From Hypanus sabinus (taxonomy: Eukaryota), in assembly GCF_030144855.1 (NCBI RefSeq), contig NC_082718.1:88722001-88786000 (forward strand): a stretch of DNA of 64,000 nucleotides, written 5' to 3'. Position numbers and translations under genes: made by a program. The notes beneath the pieces are model-generated. The model did no database searches, was not told the origin of the DNA, and saw only the letters and a program-made list of their open reading frames with translations. How positions within the stretch are numbered: the stretch's first letter is position 1; every line of letters begins with the position of its first letter. This document shows, piece by piece, positions 1-12,608 of this stretch.

Positions 1-2484
1 TCATTTTGGATTTCATTTCTGGCATTGTTCTGTAAGCTGTCTATGTACATCCTCTCCTGGAATGTGTGGGTTTTCTCCAGGTCCTCAGATTTCCTCCCAC
101 AATCCAAAGACTACTGGGTAGATTAATTGATCATTGTAAAATATCCGTGATTAGGTTAGGGTTAATCGGGGTTGAAGTAGCTGGGGCATCGTGACTCAAG
201 AGGGCCAGAAGGGCCTACTGTGCTGTATCGCTAAATAAAATAGATAAATAAAATAAAAGTTGCAGTATCATTAAAGCAAATTTTAAATGAATATAGAAGC
301 TGTGACCTGGAGAAAAGAACATAAGAAGATGGAACACACTATTTGACCCTTGATTGACTATTCTGTCATTCAATGGGAAATATGTGATAAGGTGGAAGAT
401 AAAAGAGATTAAATGGCAAAAGGCAAAAGATGATGAGGCAAGAAAAGTGAGAAAGGTAAACAAATTAAAGATGCATCAGGAAGTGTAAATCATTACTATG
501 ACAACTTAACTGAAAAATAAGGCACTATTCTTTGAGTTTCATTGAAAAAGTGTGAAAACTTGATGATAGAGATGAAAGAGCTGGTGAATTAAAATGGTAA
601 GTGATCGGTAGCTTGGGAACCAAACAGAAGTGTAAAATGATTGCTTATGTTTCTTTGGTCTTCTCACCAAGGAGGAAACCATATCATGAGCATTAAGTAG
701 AAGAGTGGTATACAATATACGGACAGGGAGTTCGATTCAACTACACACCTCTATGACCTGTCTCTGTTCAATACTCTCTTTTGCACTTATCAATACAGTA
801 CTGGCAGCCAGCCTGTGATCTGTGAAGCTCAGTGCAGGAAACTGTTTTTATACTAAAAATAACAAGGTTCCCCAGCTTGGCAACAGTCAAAAATTTTGAC
901 TACGTATCTGTCTGCAAATGTCTGTGTAATTCAAAGACAATCAAGAGTAATAAAATATTTAATGGAAAACATTTACTACAAAGAGTTATGTAATACCTGG
1001 AATTTAACCCATCACTTGGAACCATCTCTCCCCATTGAAATAAATTAAGTCATGTTCAGAGAATAAATGTCTCAGTTAAAGCAAAATGAATCAAAACACT
1101 ATTGTCAATTCAACCTGGAACATTAACTCTGTTTCCCTTCCGACAGATGCAGCCTGACCTGCTGAGTATTTCCAGCATTTTTGTTTAATTTTCGAGCATC
1201 CGCAGTTTTTAAAGCATATGTGCACTTCTGGAACAGAGTACATTAAACTAAAGTTTCATCTGGAAGGGAAATTTTGGGATCATGATGGTGAGAAAAGAGG
1301 ATGTGAAAGTGTGGATGTCTAATCTTCTACCTCTGTGTGGGTGAGTATCAAGAGAAATAGAGTGGGCATTGGGAGTGCTGGATGAGTGGCCAAGATGTTT
1401 GTTGTGCAGAGAATGCTAGGAGGGGAAGAGAGAAGATTTTGTGCTAATGCAGAAATGTTGGAGAATATTCTGTTGAATGTTGAAACTGGGAGCAGAGAGG
1501 GATCAGAGGTAGTTGTAATTGGTAGTGCAAGGTTAGGGTAGGGCAGGAAGGGGTGAATAGAAGTGCAGTGAGGCAATAAATGGTGATCTTATATCTGGCC
1601 ATTGATCTGAAACGTTAGTACTATTACTCATTCCAACATGTTGTGTATTTTTAGCATTTTCAGTTTTTAATCTATCTTTCAGAACCATGATATTATTAAT
1701 CTCGCAGTGACTTTTGGATAGTATGACACTGGACCCTACTTATTTTGCAACCCAAGCCATTTTCAAAATGCAGCAGTGACATCTGCTGGTGAGAAAGCAC
1801 ATTAAAATTTTATTCAGCAAAATGTAATATAATCAAAATCAGGTTTATCAACATTGACATATGTTATGGAATATGGTAACTTATAACTCAGAAGTATTTT
1901 AAATTCAATAGATATTCTCGAAAGGTGCATGAACACTTACAAATTGGAAGGATATGGACATTGTTTAGTGGCACTAAGGCACTAGTTTAGTAGGGCATGT
2001 GATTATTTATTTAATTAGTTCAATACTGCATTGTGGACTGAAGGGCATGTTTCTGTGCTGTACTGTTCTATATTCCATTTCATAAACATTTCCTATTGGT
2101 GAAATGTACATAAAACATGAATACAAGAGCTGAAGAATGGAAAGTGGGTTTCTAAATGTAGATATCATAGAAGCTGAACAGAAATATTAATGGAGTGGAA
2201 CTTAGGGATTTAGGTTACGAGAGCATCGTCATTTAAGGTTGATATAAAAGAATCCTTCACACTATTATTTGCCAGTGTTGTGTGATCAAAGGGTACAGGC
2301 TGATATATAGATACAGAATCAGTAATCACAGGAAATACTCAGCAAACAATGTTTCAGATTAATGTCAGTTTTCTGCTTTTTTAAACTGCAAATTAGGTCT
2401 AAATGTATTTAGAGAAATAGGCTGGTATAGATCAGGTGCACTGAAGTTGTTGACAATTAGGTCCCTGTATATGACTATATTGAA

Positions 2485-2725
2485 CTCCGCCACGGACGGT
2501 CTCTAGCCCAACTGCGGAAGGAGGAGGGTTAGGCATGGGGCAGAATGTTAGGCAGAAATGCCAACAGAAGCTCTAAAGGAGAGAAAGGATCTTCACCTAG
2601 AAGACATATGATACGCTACACCTGGGGAAGATTGAAAGACTGACCCAGGACAGAGGATTCTGGTGAGCTGCTGTCAGCAGCCTGTGCCCCAGTAGGGGTA
2701 ATGGGCTTAAGAAGAATATGAGTAT
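2485..2725 (+). mobile_element. Short internally deleted RTE-derived element
   Basis: ggaggagggttaggcatgggg head joined to acccaggacagagg..gcctgtgccccagtagggg..cttaagaagaa tail, both RTE-like as I recall them. Confidence 0.55.
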
Positions 2726-3156
2726 ATTGAATCTGATAATGTTTGGACAAAGAGCAAAGAAATCTATTACGGGCTTGCATGATAGAAGGGCTGGACTTTT
2801 CTTTGGGGCCAAAATGGAGACATGATGTTTGTGCATGAAAAAGTTAGGGAAAAGGTCAATAATTTAATTTTAAAAAGTACCCTTGATATAAAAGGAATGC
2901 TGGTAAGCAATTCAGCACCATTAGGCTAAGCCAGGCAGAAATGGTGAAGCTGCAGAGAAGGTGATAGACAGAGACAAAGAAATAGCTCTAGAACTTTGAT
3001 AAGTCATTGAGTACAACCTTATTCCATGAAAAATAGAAGTAAGATGTGGGCATGAAATAAGTCCTTAAAGAATAGTCACTGCGTGTACATTGGTCAGAAT
3101 TCCACTGCAGCCCAGTGCATTCTGAAGCGAAAAGCCAAAGAACAGATTGTATTTTA

Positions 3157-3493
<337 letters not shown>

Positions 3494-3669
3494 CTGTAAG
3501 AAATAGAAAATATTTTGCACAAGAACATTACTTTCAGTAAAACAAGTTGACATTTCAACAAGAGCATACTTTCCTTACTTTCTCCTACACAATTTATGCA
3601 CAAAAATTTAGAAGCTATTAACAATAATTAAAATAATCTGTTTTCTGAAAAGCTATCACACCACAGCCA

Positions 3670-6200
3670 CAGTGAAATCAAAGGCATGTGGCGACCCACT
3701 TCCTAGCGCACTCAAACCAGCTCACAAATAGCCAGCGCGCCAGCACAAAGGCCAGTCCCAAAAGGGCGCCAGGTCTGCTTCACCAACAAAGGGAAAAGCC
3801 TGCGGGGGATTGTGAGTACGTTCCCCTACAGCATCCGCGCTCAGGGAGGGCGGGATCAGGGAGGCTTTAAAGCAAGGCTGTGAAGTTCGAATAAAATCTT
3901 TCTTTAACTGCAGTTTACCGACTCCGTGTCGTTATTTTAGCGCTGCGTGTAGCACACCACTACAGGCAGTCCCTTAGAAGAGAGGAATGACTTGCTTCCT
4001 CTCCAGTTCTGTGAGTTCCATGGTGGCCGATTAGGCCAGTGTGAAACCTACAGGCTCTATTACACTGGGGTAGTGGGTCCACAATGGGACGGGTCCTCAA
4101 ATTAATATTTTCATATTTCCTTATGCTCTTTGGCCCTCACAATACACCTGTCAGTCCCATTCCAACATTTATTTGCCTGAAATATCTTTTTTCACATACC
4201 TGTCAACTCTCTTTAGTTTTCCTGACACCCACCTGCACCACAGACAATTTACAGTGGTCATTGAACCTACCATCCTATCTTTGAGATGTGGGCGAAAACC
4301 CAGACTACCTAGAGAACTCCATGCAGACACAGTGTTCAAATTCTACACCGACAGTGGCAGAATCAAACCCAGGTTACCAGAGCTGTGCAGCAGCAGCACT
4401 GGCTGAAGAGATGCTGCACTCTGTCTGTCACTTTTGCTGGACTTTTGGTGCTTCCGAGAACCATTCCAAATGCTCCCTCTTCACTTGAATAGCCAGGGGC
4501 TATCAGAGATGTTACATTTTTAAAAGGGGTTTTGAGGACTTCATGGAATCATTTTCTTTGCCTGATGATATCTTTCCAAGATTCGAAATTTGTTTGTAGT
4601 ATACAACCCTGAGATTTGTCTTCATCATAGACAGCCACGAAACAAAGAACCACTGAATCCATTCAAAGAAATGTCAGCCCCCTCTCCCCCATGTGCAAAA
4701 ATTCATGCAAGCGCAACAAAAAAATGAGCAAAAACACAGGATATAAAACTCATAATCAAAAGGCATATTTCAGTTTAACTCAGTGTTCATTATCAGCAGG
4801 TTGCCCGAATCAAAATTTCCCAAACTAGCAACAAAAAAGGAGCAACCAGAAAGTTAGAACACATCATAAATGTTCACAATCCACAAACCAAGTTGATTAA
4901 ACCCTGTTCCAGCACCATCCTCCAACAGCATCGAGGGAGAGAGAGAGAGATTATTTGAACACAACAACCTTCCCTCAGGAGCAGTGAGCGAGAAGGAACG
5001 AAACTCAGAATAGAGTCTCTGTTTTGGGAGTCTGCTATCAGCCATATGAGTGAAATGGACAAGCCAGAAGAGCTGATTGAATGAAATTAGGGTTTTGATG
5101 TGGTTAGGGCAGCAGTGAAGGTCCTCAGATCATCTCTAGCAGTGTTCAGGGCTTCCTTCATCATATCAGTTGCTTCCCCTTGGTTTTTAGCACTACCCCG
5201 GTGGAGATTCAGGAATACCATTGCACTCAGAGGTAGTTGTTTCATTGCTGGTTTCCATAACTTCTGGTGTGGGGCCTGCTGATTTGCATTTGCATCACTT
5301 AATGGTTTCTTTACAGTATTTTAAGTCCACTGCTGTAAGTAGCAGAATTCTCTGAAGCCAGCATCACTGCTGCCAGGCAGACCATGCCTCAGACGAATAA
5401 AAGTTGTATTGATGTTCTGAAGACCATGATGTATTTCATCACCAACATTTATTTTCACTGATATCTGGTTGTCTTCCTATGGATCTTTTTCATGGGGGAA
5501 AATCATTTGAGGACCACTACTTTTTGAGCATTGAGTATATGACATATTCTTTCATACGCTTCAGTGTACAAATAGTGACAGCGGCTTAGAGCCGAACCTC
5601 AAAGTGCGGACTAAATCAGGCACTGTTTGCATTCCTCTAATGAGACTACCGAGAATGGGGTGATCTCGATTCTTGAGGACAAGTAGTGCAAGTAAGCAAT
5701 TTCCCATCGTTGTTGAGATTAGTTCCATTCTGGCATGGAGTTTGCTGGAAGAGAGGTGCAGCATCGCGGTGAGAAACATTGACAAAAGTGTTGGGCTGTT
5801 GATGCAGCCCTGTCTAATGTCTATTTGCACCAAGATTAGTCCTGTGTAGTCAGGTTGATGGCTTGCTTGCTATTATCAAGCAACTATGGAATTAGGAAAT
5901 GTCTGTGGGCAGCCAAACTTGAGGAGAATGATCCGCGGTATTTCCTAATTATCGGAATGACAGATTTCGGTAAATTTGAAGAAATCCGCATCCTCCGGAT
6001 GTTTTATTTCCTGCATTTCTCCTGGAGCTGTCATCTGATTAAGATCAATCTCAATATGCCTCAAGATAGATGGAATCTACATGAGATTAAGGTAGTAGCT
6101 CATTAGTCACTGGGAGGATTTGTTTGAGAAGGACCCTGGTGATGAAATTCCTAGTGGTATTATATTCTTTGTAATATTCTTTCCAAAATGTTTCTGACAG
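3670..6200 (-). mobile_element. Old RTE-clade LINE relic, broken by the solo LTR, a SINE (about 4230-4410) and another repeat (about 4590-5005)
   Basis: IRQGCINSPTLLSMFLTAML and SRLPKQRLYSE motifs of RTE/BovB-type RT. Confidence 0.7.
3687..3964 (+). mobile_element. Solo LTR of a related CsRn1-like Gypsy subfamily
   Basis: TGTGGCGACCCA...CCGACTCCGTGTCG..TTTAGCGCTGCGTGTAGCACACCACTACA ends shared with the full-length LTRs, different middle; TSD GGCA (3683-3686 / 3965-3968). Confidence 0.92.
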
Positions 6201-6279
6201 AATTTTTCTGCCCTCAAGCATATGGCTGGAACCTATGTTTTTAAATTGATCTTGTGGTTTGTAAGCCATTATGTATCCT

Positions 6280-6810
6280 TTGTATGGGGTGTCCTGGGAG
6301 GGGCAGCACCTCTGGTGAAGGGGCTTGTCTTGTCCATTCTGGGACAGCTCATTCACCTTTGGGCCCACATCAAACACTCAGCTCTCACCTGTGACTCCGA
6401 GTAGGAGGCGACAGCGACCACACCCCAGTACACCACTTCAACAGACGGGCTTAATCAGGTGACGGTCACCAACGGGCTTGATACACCAGTGAGATAGGGA
6501 CACACCTGTCCTATTGTATGAAGTCAGCTCTGGCAGACAGGGCAGATGAGATCAACAGTGAGATCCAACGGCCAGGAAGGCAGTTCTGCCACACTCCATG
6601 GAGACTGAAGAGCACGTCAAGGCACAGAAGTAGTCATGGACATCTACTGCAACCAAGGAAGAACCCCAGTTTATGATGACTACTCATACTGCTGGACCAA
6701 GACTTCTGAGGTCAAGAAAGTGGAACTGCCCCAGTGCAACGGCTTTTCCATTGTGAAAACTCTCCCTCACAGGTCTCCAGTCATTGTTGGACATGGTGAA
6801 CAACCAACAT
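6280..6810 (+). mobile_element. Probable RTE-derived non-coding repeat (5'UTR-like)
   Basis: ggtgaaggggcttgtc.. head resembling RTE 5' ends; GC-richer than flanks; no RT motifs. Confidence 0.4.
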
Positions 6811-7781
6811 GTACCCTTTACACAGAGGGAGTTCATTTCAGCATCAATGCAGTAAATTTGTACCAAAATCACAATTGTTTACATGGTCCACAGTTGGATA
6901 GTTTCCTCTAGAGAAAGATCTTATTTGTCACTTAATGCACTAAATGTTATGTCACCCCTGCTCTAATTAAACCTAATTACACCTGACTATTCTAGATTTA
7001 TGAAACCCAAGGCATCTTTTTACTAGTCTTGAATGAGTTCATTGTTTCCAATAGCAATTTTTGTCACTGTTGAAATTGATTGTAAAAGGCGATTGGGACC
7101 ACAAAGAGATCCTTGAAACCGTATGGCAAGTTGGAGTTCAGGGAAAGCTCAATGGATGGCATTTACCTAAGCTATCATAACAGTATCCAGACCAAAATCA
7201 ACAGTTCATATTGTCATTGAACACATTAGGAATAGTAAAAATAATCTGAACCTTTACCTTTAGATTCATTGTTCAGTTTTATGAGATTGGTTAACAGAAT
7301 ATGGATATATGGAAATACAAATCACTAATTATAACTTATACAGTATATGTAAATGAATTTGCTAGCACCCTCTCTAAAATAATTGTTCAGCATAATTTTG
7401 TAACAAGATCCACCCAACTTTCCACTAAATTGTAAACAAATTAGTAGCTTGGTCATAACTATGTCCTGTATTTCCAGTGGAATGAGACTAGAACATCACA
7501 ATGAAATCCATTCTACAAGTCTGTGAGTAGTTTTTTTTAGAAAGGATAATTAGATAAAGCTTCTATTCCTGGTTAGTATGCATGAACCTCCTACTTTCAA
7601 GTGTTTCATGGTGGACCAGAATGAGGACAGGATTATGTTTGGCTGCAGAGTCATTATAATTAACTACGGAACACATTTTAAAAGGAAAGAAATGAGGTGG
7701 TGAGGGTTACATTACATTCCTGGTCTTCAGTTTTCCTCAGCGGGGTGTCATTATGCAATAATACACTTTTATATTTCTGGG

Positions 7782-7968
7782 GACAAACAAGAGAAAATCT
7801 GTAGATGCTGGAAATCTGAGCAACACACACAAAATGCTGGAGGAACTCAGCAGGCCAGGCAGCATCCATGGAAAAGAGTAGCAGTCGATGTTTCGGGCCG
7901 AGACCCTTCTCTTTCCCATAGATCCCGCCTGGCCTGCTGAGTTCCTCCGGCATTTTGTGTGTGTTGCT
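7782..7968. repeat. Penelope-type repeat in inverted arrangement (relatives at 1110-1210, 9347-9465, 39000-39060, 41218-41350, 43916-44062)
   Basis: 42-bp arms 7819-7860 / 7927-7968 with one mismatch; contains a hammerhead-like GAAGGGTCTCGGCCCGAAAC on the - strand. Confidence 0.7.
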
Positions 7969-8879
7969 TTACGTTCCTGAGACACGGACTACCTTCAGCA
8001 GCCATGTCAAAGCACTTGAAAGATACTACCACTAGGTTCTTCACAAAATCTTCCAAATTCTTTGGAAGAACGAGTGAATCAACGTCCTCTCCAAGACCAA
8101 AACCTTTATTTGATTCAATGGGTTGCTTAGGCAGATCAGGTTGTTTGCATGCCCCAGATCAGACTTTGAATCTCGAGATCGCCAGGCCGAGGAAAAGATT
8201 GAAAGATGCGCTGGAAGTTTACTTGAAGAAATACAAGATTTTCATTCACTTTTGGGGATCTCTGACTCATGGCTGTTCAAAGATACATTGGAAGCGCACC
8301 GAAGCCCTGCATAAGCACCAAACTTACGCGTTCCCGCCCGGCATCTGCTGCTTCATGTGTGAAAGATCCTCATCGGCCCACGAAGGACCCACAAAAACCA
8401 GAGCGTCGGCAAGTCATCCCCGATCCAGAAGAACTATTCAAGGAGAGTAAATCACGTTCTTCCCTCCAAATTAACGAAGCACTCAACTGGCCGGCTCCCG
8501 AGAGCCCACCGTTCAATAATTATCGGGACCGTTCGATACCGACGACAAACCGCCGTCTTTTTCTCGATGTTTGGGGCGCGTTGTCATGGGAGCACGCAAG
8601 CATGTAATACGAGATGACGTCTCCCCGGTGCGTATGGCCGTCTGGGTTGTACCATTGAATCCTACAATATACTTGGAAAGGTGAGGATGATTATTTCAAA
8701 CCTTAGTTTATAGCAAAATTAACATCAAAAGAGAAAATCACAAAATAATTCTTATAATTTTCCATAGCGAATTGTTATTGGAGGCTCCTACGTAAGCAAT
8801 TCTGGTTAAAGCACTGATTATATAAGAAATTCATCCACTTCTTCCCCGTGTTCGGGGAGCGGGTGGTACAGTCGGCGGT

Positions 8880-8889
8880 CGCCATCTTG
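8880..8889 (+). promoter_or_regulatory. YY1 motif CGCCATCTTG
   Basis: Matches CGCCATNTT about 70 nt upstream of the SF3A1 ATG; typical of housekeeping and bidirectional promoters. Confidence 0.6.
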
Positions 8890-8950
8890 TTTACGAGCAG
8901 GTTTGGCGCTGGCGGACTCTTTGGTTTGAGGCCGTCTAGGTACATCGACG

Positions 8951-9001
8951 ATGCCGGCCGGACCGGTGCAGGCGTTGCCTCCCCCTCAGACCGAAAATCA
9001 G
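8951..9001 (+). CDS. SF3A1: SF3A1 exon 1 (MPAGPVQALPPPQTENQ)
   Basis: MPAGPVQ N-terminus of vertebrate SF3A1; donor CAG|gtgtgt, phase 0. Confidence 0.9.
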
Positions 9002-10607
9002 GTGTGTTCTTCAAGTAACAATGAAACGTTTAGCACCGGTGCCGAGGTCGGGCCAGGCACGGGGGTGAACACGACAGGCCATGGTGGAGGCCCAGCGTCT
9101 GTACTCCGGGCCCCCGTGGCCTGAGACCTGCAAGGATTCGGGGTTAAAGTAATGTGCAAAAGCATTGCACCTGTGACCCCCTATTATATTACTGTGCGAA
9201 GTTAGCCAGTTCTGCTGCCACCAGTCACCAAGGTTCCCTGAAACGTTGAATTCCTCTAACGATTTATGCGTTGATTCAGATGCCAGCAGTTGCGATCTCT
9301 TGTATCTGGTCAGCGAGGCTCATTTGCATTTGCGTCCTTGCTCTGTCTGTCCATATGAAGGGCCTCTACCCGAAATGTCGACAGTCCATTTCTCTGGGTA
9401 AATGCTGCCGAGTTCCTGCGGCCTTTCATTTGTTGCTCCTGGTTCCAGCAGCTGCGGTCTCTTGTAACTGCATCAGTGCAATGCTGTGAACAAATCTACG
9501 GATACAGTAGTATAATGTTAAAGGATACGATAAAAGGTCTAAAGTGAAATGCATTATAGAATCGTTAAAACAATAATTGTGATGGAAAACTTTTTTCTTT
9601 ACTGAACGAACAATCGTATAGTGTCAGTATAATTGGAGTAAATATGAATATGCCTTGCAATAGAGAAGGAAGAAAACTTAGAGAATTTGGAATAAACCTT
9701 ATTGATACCAGTCAAATTGTGATAGAAGTAAAGCAGTTGTGAATGGAGTATGCATCTTTGAAAGCAGCAGTTTCAACTAGATCGATTGATTGTGGCACTG
9801 ACTTATGGGGTAAAAAGGATGTGAAGGACCAGGAATTGCATCTCCCATGCTTTGACAGTAATCTGCGAGGTAGATGAGTGTTCTGATGGTTTGGGCTGAA
9901 GGGGGCTCCTTTGGAAATCTTTACAAAGATTACTGCAAGATCTAGTGGCCTTCCACTGTAAAGTGTTGGAAAAGATAAAGCTGAACAATCAGGGTGGAAG
10001 AGACTGAGGGAGGAGATCTTTTGTGGCTGTGTGAAAGGAGAAAGATGAAGGAGACACATTGGAAAGTAATCACTCTTTGAGGCACTAGGAGGAAATTGAA
10101 AGTGTTCATACAAAAAGTGGCATTGTTAGAACAGTTGCAGTAGAGAGCTTGGAAGAATGACTAAAATCCTTACTGGAAACATGGTTAAAGGAATCAGTAT
10201 AGTTGAGTGTTGAATGAATTGTCATCTTGTTCATTTGAGATGGAGGAAGACAGGAGTTGGCTAAATTGGAGAAAGGTTTAGGGAAGATCAAAATTGAAGC
10301 ATTTTTCTTTCATCCATTTGTTGACATTTTCATAATTATTTGGAGAAGTATGAATTACTGTTGATACAGTCATCGGTGGTGCTGAGAAAGGTAAAAGCAA
10401 GTTATGATTTGATCAAAGAATGCCCTACTGTTAAATGAAAGGCTCTATATACCAAGGCTGAGGTGGACAGATTTTTGAACATGGGTGGCTGATGATATGG
10501 AAAACTGGTGGGAAGATCAAGCTGAAGCCAAGGTCAGATCAAAGTGATCTGATGAAGGAGCTGGTGTGGGGGGAACATATGACCTCTTCCTCGTATTTCA
10601 TGCTATA

Positions 10608-10804
10608 CAGGTGTCCACCCTCCCCTTTACAAAGGTAGAGTGTTCCAATGAAACCTCTCTTAAGCCGCAGTGGTGTAAAGTGAAGAACCATTAATTTATA
10701 TGGGAAAAATTTTTGTAAAATTGAAAATCCTCTTTGTAGTGTGAAAACAGGTTACTAATGTAGGTCTTTTGTAAAAGCAAAGTGGCATAAAGCGGGGGCA
10801 CCTG
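10608..10804. mobile_element. Tigger-type MITE (197 bp); second partial inverted copy at about 54468-54645
   Basis: TA-CAGGTGTCC...GGGCACCTG-TA; internal sequence is the reverse complement of 54468-54645. Confidence 0.8.
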
Positions 10805-11174
10805 TATTAGGTTGGTAGCAGTTCCCTCAACTTGTTGGATGACTGATGTTAGTTACATTGCTGTTTGAAAGAAATTAGTGGTGTCTGCCATTCACATGAG
10901 AGCTGAGATTTATGCTTATGTGATTATTTAATACATAAGGATAAGGTTGGAGATGAATTCTGTGTTCTGACCTGTAAAGAGAAGAGGGGGACCTACTTTA
11001 GATGCTTTTGTTTCAATTGTTTGCATGATTTGTGTTTCTTCATTCTCTTGCACATTGGGTGTTGGTCTTTTATTCTTTTATGTTTTTCTTTAATTGGGTT
11101 CTTTCGGGTTTCTTGTTTTGTGGCTACCTGTAAGCAAACCAGTCTTTGATGATAATGTACTTACAATCTTCGTC

Positions 11175-11241
11175 CAGTAGTGTGCAAAAGCCTTGGGCAC
11201 ATGTATATAGCTGGGGTGCCTGAGACTTTTGCACAGTACAG
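11175..11241. mobile_element. Tiny Tc1-type MITE
   Basis: cagtagtgtgcaaaagccttgggcac ... gtgcctgagacttttgcacagtacag inverted arms. Confidence 0.65.
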
Positions 11242-11881
11242 GATGTTGGGCATGGTGAGGATGAGCACCTATGGAGGGGTGTGGGACAGGTGGCAGAGAA
11301 GAAATGCCAGTGGTGGGGGGGTGGGGGTGACTCACCAAACCCGGAGACACCAAGCAAGTTCATTAGATTCCAAACAACTGGTTTAATGATCATCTCTCTG
11401 GTGCTTCCCACTCTCTCCCCTCTCCCTTCCCCTTTTCCCAACCATGTCTCTCCCTGCTCCCTTTCCCCCACAGTCCAAAATGGAGACCCAAATCAAAATC
11501 AAGTTTATCATCACTCGTGTATGTCATGAAATGTTTCTTTTTAGCAACAGCAGTTCAGTGCAAGACATACAGTTACTATGGTACAGTGCAGTTATGTGAT
11601 ATTCTAGTGTATTATTGATAATTGGGCAAATGGGTCACTGGTACAGGAAAGGTCTTTACAGTGCTGTAATTTGTGCATCTAACTAGGGACAAATAAAAGA
11701 ATAAATTTTATAGTTGTGTAATTCTATACTTTTAGCTAATTAGAGATTCGAAGCATCCCAAAACATGATAGAAGAGTTTCAGCTCGGGTTTGAATAAGTC
11801 TATACTTGTAGAGTATTATATTTGTTTCAAATTAGGCAGCCACCTGGCATGGGATTACCATGATCTTAAACACAGTAATCA

Positions 11882-12085
11882 GCTGGCCAGTGGTGTAGCA
11901 GCATGAGCAATGGACTTCGAGGCAAGTGATCCTGAGTTCGAATCTAGCCGATTCCTTGCACACTTTCTATCCATGTTGGGTTGAGCGTCGAGCTGGCAAC
12001 TCAGCTTCATAAAAAAACAGAATGCTAAAGAAATGGTAAGGTTGCTGCCTGATGCGCCACAGGCACAGAGAGGAATAATAAACAC
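11882..12085 (+). mobile_element. tRNA-headed SINE with RTE-like tail
   Basis: A box TGGTGTAGCAG and B box GAGTTCGAATC followed by non-tRNA body. Confidence 0.7.
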
Positions 12086-12197
12086 AGTAGTGGATTTACA
12101 CACACAAGTGCCTGGCTCATTTCTTTTTTGAAGTACTTGTACGAGTGTGGAGCACAGCTAGATTATTATTTAATTCTGTTACATCTTTATTTTAAAG

Positions 12198-12310
12198 ATA
12201 CCAGAAGAAACAAAAGATGAAACTTTATCTTCCAAACCAATTGTTGGTATTATCTACCCTCCACCTGAGGTCAGGAACATTGTTGACAAAACTGCTAGTT
12301 TTGTCGCCAG
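12198..12310 (+). CDS. SF3A1: SF3A1 exon 2 (start of SURP1)
   Basis: IPEETKDETLSSKPIVGIIYPPPEVRNIVDKTASFVAR; aag acceptor, gtaagc donor. Confidence 0.95.
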
Positions 12311-12403
12311 GTAAGCAGTAAATTCAGTCGAATGTATGCATGGATTTGCTGTAGCACTATTATGGTCCAAGTTTAAATGTGCGTGTTCTTTTGTGTTGAC
12401 CAG

Positions 12404-12596
12404 AAACGGCCCTGAATTTGAAGCCCGTATTCGTCAGAATGAAATAAACAATGCCAAGTTTAATTTCTTGAATCCAAATGATCCTTATCATGCATACTAC
12501 CGACACAAAGTTAACGAATTCAAAGAGGGAAAAGGACAAGAACCTTCAGCTGCTATTCCAAAGGTTATGCAACAACAGCAGCAGCTGCCACAGAAA
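12404..12596 (+). CDS. SF3A1: SF3A1 exon 3 (SURP1)
   Basis: NGPEFEARIRQNEINNAKFNFLNPNDPYHAYYRHKV...QQQQQLPQK; cag / gtaagt. Confidence 0.97.
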
Positions 12597-12608
12597 GTAA
12601 GTCATTTC

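Larger units (their letters stand above)
8290..9130. promoter_or_regulatory. CpG-rich bidirectional promoter region for SF3A1 (+) and CCDC157 (-)
   Basis: CpG density visibly far above the flanks; CRE-like TGACGTCT at 8615-8622; YY1 motif; contains SF3A1 exon 1; divergent gene pair. Confidence 0.75.

Noticed and set aside
11882-11955. tRNA gene
   Set aside because: A/B boxes are present but there is no clean cloverleaf, and it continues into a SINE body and tail.
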